A DNA stretch of 64,000 bases from the human T2T-CHM13v2.0 reference genome, Homo sapiens: assembly GCF_009914755.1 (NCBI RefSeq), contig NC_060926.1, one strand, 5' to 3'. Within the stretch, counting starts at the first letter, position 1. The number at the start of each line of letters is the position of its first letter. Shown piece by piece: positions 43,263 through 64,000 of the stretch. The notes beneath the pieces are model-generated. The model saw nothing but the letters and a program-made list of their open reading frames with translations, searched no databases and was not told where the DNA came from. The position numbers and the translations under genes were made by a program.

Positions 43263-43579
43263 TGTCACCTTGTTAGAGTACCCTCCTGACCACACTCTGC
43301 TAAGCAGTAATCTTTTATTTCTCTTTCCCAGTTTTATTTTTCCTCATTTACACTTAATCACCTTGTGACACCTATTTGTTTACTGTTTCCCCAGTAGAGT
43401 GAAAGTCACTTTAACAGCAGAGATTTAAATGTATTTTAATCCCTACAAAGGAGAAAAAGGGAGGAAATACGTGACAGGCTCTCAATAAGTATTTGCGAAG
43501 GATTTAATCTCTTGAACGAATGGATGAATGAATCTAGCAGCCAGCTCCACCAGCCTCCTTCGTGATAGGACTAACTGGG

Positions 43580-44500
43580 GTCTGTCTGCGGACGGGCGCC
43601 TCCTCCGCGGGCGGAGGGCCGCAGCGGGAACTGGGTTTCGGCAGCGCCCCTTTAAACCAGCCGCGGACGCCCGGCTGCTGGCGCTAGTTCCAGCCCGGCC
43701 GGGCCCGGCCTCGCCGGTTTCTCTCCAGTCGCCGCGCCGGCCAATTTCCGGGGCGGTGTCATCGCCCGTTTAAGAGCGGAGCGCTCCGCCCTGGGGGCGG
43801 AGCTGGGAGGGAGCTTTAAGGGGCGGACGGGCGGGAGGTCGGGGTCCTCCGGGGATTAGAGCCGGTGGGCTCGTTGTGGGCGCCATTTCTCGGCGTCTCC
43901 CGAGGAGCCGCCCCTTTCTCAGCCTTGCTCGGCTCTTCCCCGCTCTGGTCGCCGGGGCTGCGCCGTCCCCAGCTCAGGTAAGCGCGAGGCCCGGCGGCGG
44001 CGCCGCAGTACAGTCCGCTGCGCTCCTAGCCGAGTGGACCCTTCCTCGCCCGCGCCTGCGGTAGCGGCCTTGTCCCCGGGGAGGCGGGCGGGGGCCGCAC
44101 CCAGACCCTAGGGCGGCCGGCCCCTCTCTCGTCGGGCCGGCAGGGCATTAATCCCGCCGGAGGGAGGGGCGGCGGCGGCCAATGAGGCAGGGCCGCCGAG
44201 TTTCGGTCGATACCGCGCGACGGGCCGGGGCGGAGGGCCCGGGGCAGCCGGGTTAATGTTTGCCGAGCGGACGCGCTCCCCGAGCCGCGGGTACCCCTCG
44301 CTGGTCCGCTGGGCTGCCGTCCAGCGGGAGAGACAAAAGTCGCAAGGGAAGGGGAAAAACGAACTGAGTTTGTGTCACTGTCTTGGTGGACTTTTCGAGC
44401 TAACCTGTATTTGAGAAAAACTTCAGTCTCTTGGGAAAGGAGAGGCAGGTGTGTTCCCATGAAAGACGAGGTCTGAAGGTCCCGCCCCGCCCCCACCCGG
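43580..44500. promoter_or_regulatory. EPB41L5: CpG island / promoter of EPB41L5
   Basis: Very GC- and CpG-rich non-repeat DNA; CCAAT 43741 and 44179; GC boxes around 43750, 43795, 43820 and 44227; spans the exon 1 donor. Confidence 0.93.
43845..43977 (+). other. EPB41L5: Non-coding exon 1 of EPB41L5 (5' end approximate)
   Basis: Strong donor CAG|GTAAGC at 43977/43978 inside the CpG island, no ATG in the exon, YY1-like CGCCATTT near 43881. Confidence 0.82.
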
Positions 44501-45139
44501 GACGGTTGTCGTGCTAATGATGGGTTCTTTGGTGTGTAAATGTTAATTGTGTCTGTGGTTACTCGAATTCTACCTAAGAGCGAGACCCAACTCTTAAAAC
44601 GTTTGGCAATATTTTAGACTAATATTAAAAGTTTTTAAAGAATTACGGGGAAAATTCCCATAACCGTGTACATTTGTAATGTAACCCACAACTGCATTAA
44701 CTCAGTTTCTAACATAACCCGTTGCTGAGCTCTAGTTAACCTTGTTGGATTATTTGTGCATGTAATATGCTGTGCAGGCTTTAGAAAATAGGTTAACATT
44801 ATTCGAAAACGATATGCGTAACTGCTGTTGAATTACTCGCTTGCATTTTCTTTATTGGGAATACTGGGACAAAATATAGTGTTACCTTAAATGGCATTTG
44901 CTGTATGTTATATTGCTTTATCAAAAAGCAATTAACCAACCATATTGTGGCCACCAGTCATGTAAGAGTATACATATTTCATGACTAACTTTTGGGTTTT
45001 GGGTACTTTTTTTAACCAACTTCTGATAGGATTGCTTAAATTTGCATTTTATGATTCTAAAGGAAATCCTTCTAGTTAGGAACTAGAGTAGAAACTACTG
45101 TTTTTTGGAAGCCACATAAACCTACCATCCAAAAATTCC

Positions 45140-45700
45140 ACTGTGTCATTCTAGTGTGTCAGGCGAGATGCGGGTTAAGCCAGCTGTTGGGCCAAAGTAG
45201 TGAACAAGCCAGACGAAGTCTTTGTCCTTGTGTGTGAGTGGGGGAAGTAGTCAGTAAAAAAGATAATAATTAACAGATATTTAATTACAATTTCTTTGTT
45301 ATAAAGAAAAGGCTAAGAGTACTGAAAGAGATGTCGAATTTAGACTCACAAGTCTGAGATTGCTTTTCTGAGAATAAGACATTTCAACTATAAGTCTGAA
45401 GTTAGTCCAGTGAAATGGGAGCGGGTGGAAGAGAGGTCAACTGGAAAAAGAGCAATCCAGAAAGGTGGAACAGCTAATGAAAAATGGTCCAGAATTAAAA
45501 AGACTCTCCGGCCGAGCAGCAAGAGTACAAGAGCAGAGCAAACAGAGGGGAGTAGGCTGACAGATGGGTCAGGCAAGTAGGAGGAGCTGCATCTAGGACC
45601 AGGGCCATTAAAGATTTTAGAACAGGGATCAGATTTGTGGTTGCCAAAAATCCAGTGGCTGCAACATGAAGAGCGCAATTGGAAGAGTGCAGGTGGGAGG
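45140..45700 (-). mobile_element. L2 fragment in EPB41L5 intron 1
   Basis: GTGAACAAGCCAGAC.AAGTC, GGGCCATTAAAGATTTTAGAACAGGG..CAGATTTG motifs. Confidence 0.55.
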
Positions 45701-45807
45701 GGAAAAGTGAGTATGAGAAAACTTTTTTCACAATCATTAAAAAAAAAAAAACCCACAACTTTTAGTGATCCATTCATATTATTTTTTTTTTCCATTAAAA
45801 AAAATTA

Positions 45808-47205
<1,398 letters not shown>

Positions 47206-48574
47206 GAATTAAAAAAATATTAATAACATGGTCAAGTCTCCCTCCAAAAAAGGCCAACGTAGGAGGATTATTTTTTCTCACATTCTTTTTTACACTATCT
47301 TGAGTCTTTAAATGACAGACAATATCTTATTTTTTTTCATTTGGATTTTCTTGGATACTGTTAAAGGTGTTCGTTTTTATGAACATCTTTTAAATTATCT
47401 TTTAGGACTTTTTCGTATCTTGCTCTTTGTTCTTTTTTTGATGTAGAGTCTCAGTCTCACTCAGGTTGGAGTGCACTGGTGGGATATCATAAAATGTTTC
47501 TTGGGAGATATTGGTGGAGTTAAAAGGAATATGTAGGGATTCTGTGACACAGGATTTTAGAAATCTGGGATAACAAGTACAGTCTTAGGCAGCTGAAATG
47601 AGACTGGATAGCAAGTTCCAAAGGGAGAAATACCTGGAAAAAAAAATCTGGAGAAAGAGACTGGGACCAGGTATTATATATGAGTGTTTGGAACACTGGA
47701 AAGTTATCTAACTAAAATTTTAGTTATTTCCTTGGGATTAGTTTACCTAATTACGCAAGAGTATACATGTGTAAAATGTGTAGGCTAATCTTCAGTGTAT
47801 AGACATTTTAATATGGTAGTATCTTAAAAATCGGATTTTATCGGGTTTATAAATAAATCTAGTTGAAAAAGTCATTTTATCTGAAGGCTTCTCTTGAAAA
47901 ACAGCATTCTCCTGAATTCTTTTGCTCCCTCTCCTGAGGCAATCATTTTCACATTTTAAATCAAATGCTCTTACTGCTAATTGTTGATTTTTAAATTCTA
48001 GTAATGACCTGTTGGCTTGCTGTTACGCATGATGAGGAATTAGCTCTTTCCATATCTGTATCCCCTACCTCTTATTATGTACCTCCTGTCTGTTGTGGTT
48101 ATTGTTCGATCAGTATTTAGTATTTGACATTGAAATCATTAGCAGCTGAGTCATGTAGTGTATTGTGATTTACTTTTCCTTTTCTGCACAGCTTCTTGTT
48201 TTCTTTGGAATTAATAGTCTTTTTGGCTTATTTGTTGGCTTATGTGTACTTAAACTCTCTTTGTTGTGCAAATGAAACACATGAGGATAGCAAAGTGACT
48301 TTGATTTTGTGTTTCCATTTAGTGTGCTATGTTTTAAAACCTGTTTTAACTGTTTTGATTAACATTAATGTTCTTTATAGAGTTAAGGAAAAAAGCATTA
48401 AAGTACTTTGACATTAAAAAGATTTATGTTAAGTAGTTATTTAAAATCTGTATGTAATAGAATATTTGACAAAACTTAGGAAATTTGAATTATATCTGTA
48501 TTTTAGCTGAAATAGGTGATTGTTTTTGTGTTTTTATTATGAATGCTCAGAAAAGAAATGGAACTTCTCAGGAT

Positions 48575-49033
<459 letters not shown>

Positions 49034-49404
49034 ACTTCTCAGAATTTTTATGATCATCAAAGGATACCTTAGTGTCTGACATCATCTTGGGATATACAAG
49101 ATGTTGTACATATAATTTATCTATTTAGAAGACCTGATGAACTTCATGAATGTTTGCCTTCTCCTGCCAAATCAGTTCCTGATAAAATGGTCCGGTAAAT
49201 TTAGAAAGCTCCAAACTGTGGCTGTGTCTTATACATACAAGTCTTTTAAAACTTTGAATTAAAGTAACCAGCTTTTTAAATTAATTAATTTACTTTTTAA
49301 TTGACAAAAATTGTGTATATTTATCATTTATAATATGTCTTGAAATATTTATGAAAAGCCAGTTTTAATGATTTTTTTTTTCAAATTTACTTGACCAGGA
49401 GCCC

Positions 49405-49713
49405 TTTTTGTTTTTTATTTACTTATTTTTTGAGACAGGGTCTTGCTCTGTTGCCTGAGCTGGAATGCAGTGGCGCAATCCCAGCTCACTGCCGCTTTGA
49501 CTGCCTGGGGTCAAGTGATCCTTCTGCCTCACAGCCCCTCAAGTAGCTGGGACCACAGGCATGCACCACCACACCTGGCTAATTTTATTTTTAGTAGTGA
49601 TTAGTTCTCACTATGTTGCCCAGGCTGGTCTTGAACTCCTGGGCTCTAGCAGTCCTTCTGCCTAGGCCTCCCGAAGTGTTGAGATTGCAGGCGTGAGTCA
49701 CTGCACCCAGCCC
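49405..49713 (-). mobile_element. AluJ 130 bp upstream of EPB41L5 exon 2
   Basis: Diverged antisense dimer. Confidence 0.88.
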
Positions 49714-49851
49714 AGGTGTCCTTTTTAGTAGCATTTCTACTAATGTTCACAGGACTTGACTAAATAATGCCATTTGACTGACTGCAAGTTGTGGAGAATC
49801 TCATTTTTTTCCTGATGCCATCTTTTTCTCTCTGTTTTTATAGTGACAAAA

Positions 49852-50031
49852 ATGCTGAGTTTCTTCCGTAGAACACTAGGGCGTCGGTCTATGCGTAAAC
49901 ATGCAGAGAAGGAACGACTCCGAGAAGCACAACGCGCCGCCACACATATTCCTGCAGCTGGAGATTCTAAGTCCATCATCACGTGTCGGGTGTCCCTTCT
50001 GGATGGTACTGATGTTAGTGTGGACTTGCCA
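49852..50031 (+). CDS. EPB41L5: First coding exon (exon 2, whole exon 49844-50031) of band 4.1-like protein 5 (Yurt/Moe/Lulu orthologue), aa 1-60 incl. start of FERM-N
   Basis: Acceptor tctgtttttatag|(49843), 8 nt UTR, aaaATG at 49852, [60 protein letters not shown], phase-0 donor CCA|GTAAGT at 50031/50032. CRVSLLDG is the FERM-N start motif. Confidence 0.97.
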
Positions 50032-51822
50032 GTAAGTAGGTCTTGCTGAGCTCCAAATTCTGTTTGCGATTACTGTCTTTGTTTGTTTGTTTAAAAGCTT
50101 TGTATTGGTAACTTCTGGATGGAAATAAGTAAAGGTATTATGGGTTAGTATAGATCAGGCACTTAACATTCAGGTACATGGATCAGATAACCGTAGACCA
50201 AAAGTACTTGGATTGGTGGTATTTCTCTTTGGAATTAGTGGCGATTACCTGAAACATTTAAATGACAGGGCAGTTATTGGCATGAGTCTGTTTCATGTGT
50301 CTTTCTATGTGTTCTTTGTGATGGCAGCACATGATGTAGTCTAGTGGATTTCTGACAATCCTTGTTGAACCATTATTAAAACGTTGTGAATCTTTGAGAA
50401 TAACAACACTTAAATGTGTACTGTAAGACTTTTAGCTTCTATGCACTTCTGTATTTTTTAAAACTCTCCTTACTTTCTTCTAAATAAATATTTCCCCACA
50501 ATTTGGTTTACTTGCAGACATTAATGAGGTGAAGTGAGAAAAAGGACTTTCTTCATACCCCTCAGCTCTGACTGCCTGTCTCTTTGCTCCTGAAGTATTT
50601 TGCATTGTAGGTTTTTCATACACTGTAGTCTTTATCTCAAGACAGGCTGTTGTAATTATATTTGCATTTTGGATAGATTTTTTTTTTTCAGAAATATATA
50701 ATCATAACTCAGTGTGAAACAATCTGACATGTTTGAAAGGGGTTAGCTTATTTTTTTACAGGACTTTTTGGGTGGAGGAGGGGAAGAAAAGGTTGGCTTT
50801 TTGGTTTTGGGCAGTTGAATATTTTTCTGAGTTGCTTGCTAATACCAAATCTCTTTCTCATGTCTTTGTTCTGCATTCAAAGACTTAATGGTAAATTACA
50901 TCATTTGATGTGAGCTTCATAGGATATTCCTTAATGTCTTTTCTCCCCACAGACTTTTTAGTACACACTCATCTACCCAAAATTCAATTTAAAAAGTCTC
51001 TTTGGGCAAAGTGATAGCCTACGTGCTGCTGTAATACATAATTGAATAAGCTCGGGAAGACCTTAAACTCACCAAGTGAGAGTATAAGGAATTGGAGAGT
51101 TTGTTTAAATGGATGTTCTGATTAACTTAATAATTTGGAATGTATTAGATATGTACATTATACATTTTAAAATATTAGAATATGATAAAATTAATCAAAG
51201 ACTCAGGATTTCTTGAAGTGTTTTGAAGTCATCATTACGTGTATTTGTTATCTTTGTCTATAAGAATGTATATTTTTAGGGTTTTTGATTCTGGACAACT
51301 TGAAAGCATCTAAATTTTCTTCCTGTAAGTGCTTCTTGAGGGTTTATCAGACATTCCAACTGAGATATTTTGTGAGGATAGTTTTCATACTCATTTCTTA
51401 TTTGATAGGAATCTTAAGAGTTTTGTTTACTATTTCATTAAAATATCATTGGATATGTGGTGAAAAGCCTGAGATTGCTGTGTAAGAGACTGGAAAGAAA
51501 TTTCTTATTACCTAATGTTTGAAGTATGAAGTTTCAGGGTTGTTGATGGACAAGCTGATAGTAGGAGAGTAGAATTTGTAAAAAAAAAAAAAAAGTTTTT
51601 AAAAACGCAGTGCAGTATGGAGGAGAAACAACACTAGCTTTTAAAGTGGTGGAACAAATGGCTAGTTACTGATCTGGAATGGTTTCCTAAACTTTGTATG
51701 CTTAGCTGGGTGTATGTGATGCTTGATCAAATTTATAAACTAGCTGGTCTCTCATGGGGACAATTGTAGTGAAACAGCTGGAGATATAGATTGGACTTTT
51801 TGTGAAACAAGAACAGTTGTCA

Positions 51823-52552
<730 letters not shown>

Positions 52553-52944
52553 CTAAAAAAGAAGAAATGATTTCCCCTTTTCAGATTTATTTTCTCAACC
52601 AGTCTACTGTGATTCTGGGAGAAGATTTAGAATTGATTTTAGAAATTGAATGAAGCACATACTCATTTCCCATTACGATAAGGGTCTAGGATAAGGGTCA
52701 CTAGTGATTATAGTTAGCCGTCTTCTTCCTTTAAAGAAAAAAAATTAAATAGGGTGAGAAGGCCTTTCAGTGAATGACAAAGGTATCAGGTAGAAATTTC
52801 TATCTAATTTTTAAGTTTTTTCTTTGAAAATACGACAGTAAACTTGTTTAAGAGCTTAGTATTGGTAAATAGCTTTAATGTAAAACCCTTATAAGTTTTA
52901 AATTGGGAAATGTTTGGTCAATTAACCAATAGATAACAATTTTT

Positions 52945-56324
<3,380 letters not shown>

Positions 56325-56394
56325 GATAACAATTTTTATATACCTACTTTCTTGTACAGATGCTAAAGGCTTTAAATTATGTAAGACTGTATAT

Positions 56395-58610
56395 AGTTAT
56401 ACTTTTAAATACATGAACACCATCCCATGTTCATGAATTTGAAGACTTAAGGTTGGTAGGATGGCAGTACACCTCAAATTGATTGATGCATTCAGTGCAG
56501 TCCCCATGAGAATTCCAGCTGACCTATAGTTGTAGAAATTTACAAGCTGATTCTAAAATTCTTAAGATATTGTAAGGAACTCTTAATAGCTAGAACAATA
56601 TTGAAAAATAATAACTAAGAGGACACACACTTCCAATTCTAAGACTTACTACAAAGCAACAATAAGTTGGTGTGCGACTGGCACAAGGATAGACACATAG
56701 GTCTGTGGAACAGAATAGAGAACCCAGAAACAAACCCATGCGGTCATGGGTCAGATGATTTTTGACAAAGATGCCAAGATGTTAAAAAGAATAGTCTTTT
56801 TAACAAACGGTACTTGGGGAAGTGGGATTGCCATATGCAAAAGAATGAAATTGGGCTCTCACACTGTATGCAAAAATTAACTCAGAATAAAGACCTAAAA
56901 GTATGAGCTAAAACTATAAATCCTTAGAAAAAAATAGGCATAATTTTTGGAATTTTTTATTGATATATCGTAGTCGTACATATTTTGGGGGTACATAGTG
57001 CTATTTTGATGCATGTATATAATGTGTAAATGATCAAATCATGGTACATGAGATATCCATCACCTCAAACATTTAGGAGTAAATCTTTAGATCTTAGATT
57101 TGGCACCACTTTCTGTTTTTTTGTTTGTTTGTTTGTTTGTTTGTTTTTGATACGGAGTCTCACTCTATTGCTCAGGCTGGAGTGCAATGACGTGATCTCA
57201 GCTTACTGCGATCTCTGCCTCCTGGCTTCAAGCCAGTCTCCTGCCTCAGCCTCCGGAGTAGCTGGGATTACAGGCGCCTGCCACACACCTGGCTAATTTT
57301 TTGTATTTTTAGTAGAGACGGGATTTCACCATGTTTGCCAGGCTAGTCTTGAACTCCTGACCTCAATTGTTCCGCCTGCCTTGGACTCCCAAATTGTTGG
57401 GATTACAGGCGTGAGCCACTGCGCCCGGCCTGGCACCACTTTCTTACATATGATATAAAAAGCATGAGCAACTAAAGAAAAAGTAAATAAATTGGACTTC
57501 ATCAAAATGAAAAATTTTTCATTTAGCCTTCAAAGGAGACCATCAAATAAGTTACAAGACTGTCACACAGAATAAGAGAAAGTATTTGCAAATTATATAT
57601 CTGATAAGGAACTTGTATCTAGGCTATATAAAGAACACCCAATTTAAAAATGGGCAAAGGATCTCTATAGACATTTCTCCAAATAGGTTATATAAATGAC
57701 CAGCAAGCACATGAAAAGAAGCTCAACATCATAAGTCATCACAGAAATGCAAAATAAAACCACAGTGAGATACAGCTTCACACCAACTAAGAAGGCTGAA
57801 ATAAAGTCAGATAATATTAAGTGTTGGTAAGGATATGGACAAATCAGAACTCTCAGACCCTGCTGGTAGGAATGTAAAATGGCGCAGCTGCTTTGGATAA
57901 TAGTGGGGCAGTTATTCATATAGTACCACCTGACCCAACAGTTACATTTCTAGGTATATCTCCAAGAGAATGGAAAACATATTGCACAAAAGCTTGTAAC
58001 GGATGTTCATATCAGCATTATTCATAATAGTTAAAAAGTAGAAATAACCTGGATGCTCATCAATAGGTAAATGGATAAATAAAACCTGTAATATCCATAT
58101 AATGGGATGTTATTTAGCCATAAAGGAAATGAAGCGTACTGCTAAAACATAGATGAATTTTGAGAACATTATTCTGTTAAAAGAAGGCAGTCACAAAAGA
58201 CCATGTGATTCCATTCATGTGAAATTCCAGAAGAGGGAGATCTGTAAGGGAAAGAAAATAGATTGTGCTTGCTTAGGGCAGCCTGAGTGAGTGGGAACTG
58301 ACAGGGTGGTAGGGGTTGACAACTATAATATATGGACTTTCTTTTTTTTAGGGATGGTGTCTTGCTACGTTGTCCAGGCTGGATTTGAACTCTTAGGCTC
58401 AAGTGATGCACCACTCACCTCAGCCTCCCAAGTAGCTGGGACTACAGGCACATGCCACGGTGCCTGGCTTAGGGTTTCTTTTTGAGGTGATGAAAATGTT
58501 CTAAAATTGATTTTTGTGATGGTTGCATATATCTGTGAATATACTAAAATCCATTGAACTGTTTATTTTGAATGGGTGAAGGTATGTGACTTACAGCTCA
58601 GTGAAGCTAT
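56395..58610 (+). mobile_element. Old L1M (MB/MC-like) ORF2 end and 3' UTR
   Basis: GAAATTTACAAGCTGATTCTAAAATT, AAGACTTACTACAAAGC, GGTGATGAAAATGTTCTAAAATTGAT motifs. Confidence 0.85.
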
Positions 58611-58637
58611 TTTTTTAAATTTCTTTAAATTTTTTAA

Positions 58638-58844
<207 letters not shown>

Positions 58845-59915
58845 TGAACTCCTGCCCTCAGGTGATCCACCCGCCTCGGCCTCCCAAAGTGCTGGGATTA
58901 CAGGCGTGAGCCACCGCGCCCGGCCGGAAGTTATTTTTTTTTTTAAAAAGAATGCATTGATTTTTGTGTATTTGTATTTTATTCCACTCAAGATTTTTTA
59001 GTAGTAAGAAACATGACTGGGCATAGTGGTTCATGCCTGTAATCCCAGCACTTTTGAGAGGCCAGGGTGGGAGGATAGCTTGAGTCCAGGAGTTTGACTA
59101 GTCTGGGCAACACATGGGTACCCCGTTTCAAAAGAAAATAAAAGAAATTAGCCAGGTGTCATGGTGGACACTTGTGGCCCCAACTATTCAGAAGGCTGGA
59201 GGTGAGAGGATTGCTTGAGCCCAGGAGGTAGAGGCTGCAGTGGACTATGATCATCCCACTGCACTCCCGTGTGGGCAACAGAGAAAAAAACAACAAAAGA
59301 AAGATACATAGGTTTAATTTAGAGGTGATATGCTTGATTTGTTACAGAAGAAAAAATCATGCCTGGAGACTGCTACGGTAATACAGATACAAGATGATGA
59401 GGCTGCAGACTTACAGTGACAGTGAGGCTGCATAGGAAAGAGTGCCTGCTTAGTACATGGATATGGTTGGCGGGAGGGGAGTGAGGACTAGTGCTTACTA
59501 CTTGGATATAGCGTGGGGAGGGAATAAAGATGAGTAAAATACAGTTCTAACTCTGATGGGAGGGGCGCATATCAATTATGTCAAAGATCATGAGAAGATA
59601 GTCTGCTGTCATGAAGAGAGAAAAAGGATGGAAGTGAAGCAAAGAGTTTTGGTGGGATGGTGTGTTTGAAAGCCAGATTTTAGAGGGCTAAAGGAATTAT
59701 TGGAGACGGTCATATTTTTTGGACCTCTTACAGTCCCTTGCACATAGTAGGTGCTTAATATTGATTAGTTTGTGGAAGTGCCTGAAGGGAAAACGCAGGA
59801 TTGCTATGAGATTTGGCAATAGATGGAAGGAAGGAGATAGCACGGCAGTTGGAGAATGGCTGGTTAGGGCAGATCTGAGTTTCTTTAAGTGAATAGGAAA
59901 AATGTTCCTCAGTAA

Positions 59916-60119
<204 letters not shown>

Positions 60120-60296
60120 TAGTATTGTATATACAATATACAAATTTTGTATTTCGTATATTGGTCAGGCTGGCTTCGAGCTCCTGACCTGAAGTGATTC
60201 ACCTGCCTCAACCTCCCAAAGTGCTGGGATTATAGGTAATTGGTTTTATATACATAGGTAGAGATGGGAGGAAGAACATTCTAGGAGAAATACCTT

Positions 60297-60763
60297 CTGC
60301 TGAGAAAGACGGAAAGCTGATGAAAAGATAATGCTGAAACAGCCTATAATACACCTGTTGTTGTTTTTGAGTTTTTATTTTTCTTCTCTTTAGGCTAAAT
60401 CCTAAATTTTTTGTGGACTGTAAGTCCCCAAACTAATGCTTTCAGATCTTTACTTTTAAAACTGGAAGTTGTACTCCTTAACCTAAAACTCATTATTTAT
60501 CTTATAGTACACTGTCCATTTAAATGCTATACTAAAACTATAGATAAAAATACTACCGCCTTTGTCATGCAGGCCTTGGAATCCCAGCCCTGCCTGCATG
60601 CATACACTCAGCTGCAAAGCGGTTCCACTCCTCTCACCTTAGGGTCAGCTCCTATTCCCACGATGCCCGTCAGCAGGAAGAAGCCAGAGTTATTGACGGC
60701 TTTTTCCAGTCTTCGTAGCCCACACCTTGAGAATAAGGTGCTATGAAACACAAAGGGAGGGAT
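60297..60763 (+). mobile_element. 3' end of ERV internal sequence with polypurine tract (HUERS-P1/MER4-group-like)
   Basis: Purine tract AAAGGGAGGGA immediately 5' of the LTR8 TG; ERV 3'-internal-like motif CAGCAGGAAGAAGCCAGA; left boundary inferred. Confidence 0.6.
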
Positions 60764-62116
<1,353 letters not shown>

Positions 62117-64000
62117 ATACCTTGATGAACTTAATCATTGCAAAGAGGAGGTGAAGTGAGGGCTGGATCTGAAAGAGGTGGTGACCTGAAATAAATTTGT
62201 TAGGTGGGGATAAAGAACATGAGTAGCAGGTACTGGTGTAGATACAGATGACTAATGAATTTGTAGTGGGCCAGAGCTTTGTGGGTCTGTTTTCACTTTC
62301 CTGTTTCCAGTTTGTTCATTTTCAATAGCTACAAGGTGAGAAAAACATTTTATTTTTAATTTATGAAAATAAACAAGACATTGAACCTGTAATCAAGATC
62401 TCACATCCATATTCTACACACTCTGACCATCCTGGACCTTCTTACTGTTGCCTAAACATGATAGACCCATTACAAGTCTATGCTGGCTTTACACTAATTA
62501 GAATTATGGGTACAAGATAGTACAGAGGAAGCAGGATTTATTCTCTGTGGGATTATTGGAAGGCAACACTGATATACTGATTCTTGAGAAACCAGAATCA
62601 AGAGTTCATTAGAAGGGCGCAGTGTGGTAACTCACATCTGTTATCCCAGCACCTTGGGAGGTTGGGGTAGGAGGATTGCTTGAGGCCAGGAGTTTGAGAC
62701 CAGCCTGTCCAATGTAGCCAGACCTCCATCTCTACAAAAAAAATTTTTTTTAAAGTTCATTAGAGGCATAAAGGACGTTCTAAGCAGAAAGAAATGCATT
62801 TTGCAAGGGTTCAGAGGCATGACTTATTGGGGAGATTATAAGCAGATAAAAATGCTGAAATGGGCCAGGCGCGGTGGCTCACACCTGTAATCCCAGCACT
62901 TTGGGAGGCTGAGGTGGGCGTATCATGAGTTAAGGCGTTCCAGACCAGCCTGGCCAACAAGGCGAAACTCCGTCTCTACTAAAAATAGAAAAATTAGCTC
63001 AGCCTGGTGGGCGCCTGTAATCCCAGCTACTCAGGAGGCTGAGGCAGGAGAATTGCTTGAAACTGGAAGATGGAGGTTGCAGTGAGCCGAGATCATGCTA
63101 CTGCACCCCAGCCTGGGCAACAAGAGTGAAACTTCGTCTCAAAAACAAACAAAAAAGCTGAAATGATAGAGGAAATAGGCTGTGATATGTAGTAATAAGC
63201 AAGGAACAGCTAGGAAGGACTATTTTGTGCCTGGAGTTTGCACATTGATCTGTAAATGATGAGGAATGATTAAAGGATTTTAAAGAACAGAGTGACATTC
63301 TGTGTGGCAGTTTTAGGCAGATCACAGTCCATTGGCAGCTTCTGTCACTTCGTCTTCTGACTCTTGCCTACAGTCTTTTCTTTCCTAAACCCTTCCTTAG
63401 ACTGTCAAGATTTCAGATCTTTATTTTGTTTTTATCTAGGTTAACAGAATTCTGTTCACATTTCCAGGCCCGGTTTTGAATATAGAATCTTCTGAAGCCT
63501 TTAATACGTGAGGCAGAATGAACAACTCACCCTCATTTCTTTAGCATTTTGTTATACTGTAAGAGTAACATTCACATTTATTGTGTTTAAAGTAGTTGTT
63601 TATAATTTTATATTTAGTTAAGAACCTTGTGATTGCTTGAGGGCAAATATAAGCATATTCATCTGTATAACTAACATCTAACACATAATAGGTGTCTGTC
63701 TAGGAATTGAATATTATGTCAAAAATGTTTTTTTCCTGTAATGAAAATTTTCCTGTATGTATTGTTAAGTGCGTAATGAAATTAAAAACTCTGAAAATAT
63801 AGAATGGGACAGAACCAATTGATTTAGAACACCATTTCTAAGGTTGATACTAGCAGGTTGATAATTATTTCTCCAATTTTGATTGAGTCAGGTATTCACT
63901 CACCCAGAATAAGTATTATCATGACCATGCTTTCCATCTTATCAATGATAACATTTTATTTCTGGGTTAGAATCAGAAATCTTCCTGAAACCAGCATACT

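Noticed and set aside
44026-44496. 156-aa antisense ORF in the CpG island
   Set aside because: Low-complexity R/P/G/A composition expected from GC-rich DNA; no supporting splice or homology evidence.
49843-50049. 68-aa ORF starting at GTG as called by the track
   Set aside because: The GTG overlaps the acceptor AG and the tail (VSRSC) is intron read-through; the real CDS is 49852-50031.

Overview
Primate (most probably human, 2q14.2) genomic DNA, repeat-rich, containing parts of two + strand FERM-domain genes. The first is the last intron, last coding exon (7725-7811, ...SQYRFVCEAILKVYEEGFVKPLTTSTNK*) and an approx. 7.8 kb 3' UTR with no recognisable interspersed repeats of PTPN4. The second is the CpG-island promoter, non-coding exon 1 (ends 43977), first coding exon (49844-50031, [23 protein letters not shown]...) and part of intron 2 of EPB41L5. 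The approx. 28 kb between them is a nest of retroelements: Alus (about 60 in the whole window), old L1M fragments, an RPL27 processed pseudogene, a solo LTR12C (ERV9) inserted in an Alu that is itself in an L1, MaLR LTRs and hAT MITEs. EPB41L5 intron 2 holds an internally deleted L1PA and a 5'-truncated LTR8 provirus remnant. Nearly all ORFs in the supplied track are Alu/L1/LTR-derived or chance ORFs. I find no evidence for a new multi-gene system. The most testable leads are regulatory: (i) EPB41L5 exon 2 begins with TGA, so exon circularisation or PTPN4 read-through would hit an immediate in-frame stop; (ii) a sense LTR12C 15 kb upstream of an exon carrying the ATG; (iii) a sense ERV splice acceptor plus poly(A) signal in intron 2; (iv) dense miRNA seeds and alternative poly(A) signals in the PTPN4 UTR. 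Repeat subfamily names are from recognition of consensus motifs, not from a database search, and repeat boundaries are approximate unless a TSD is quoted.
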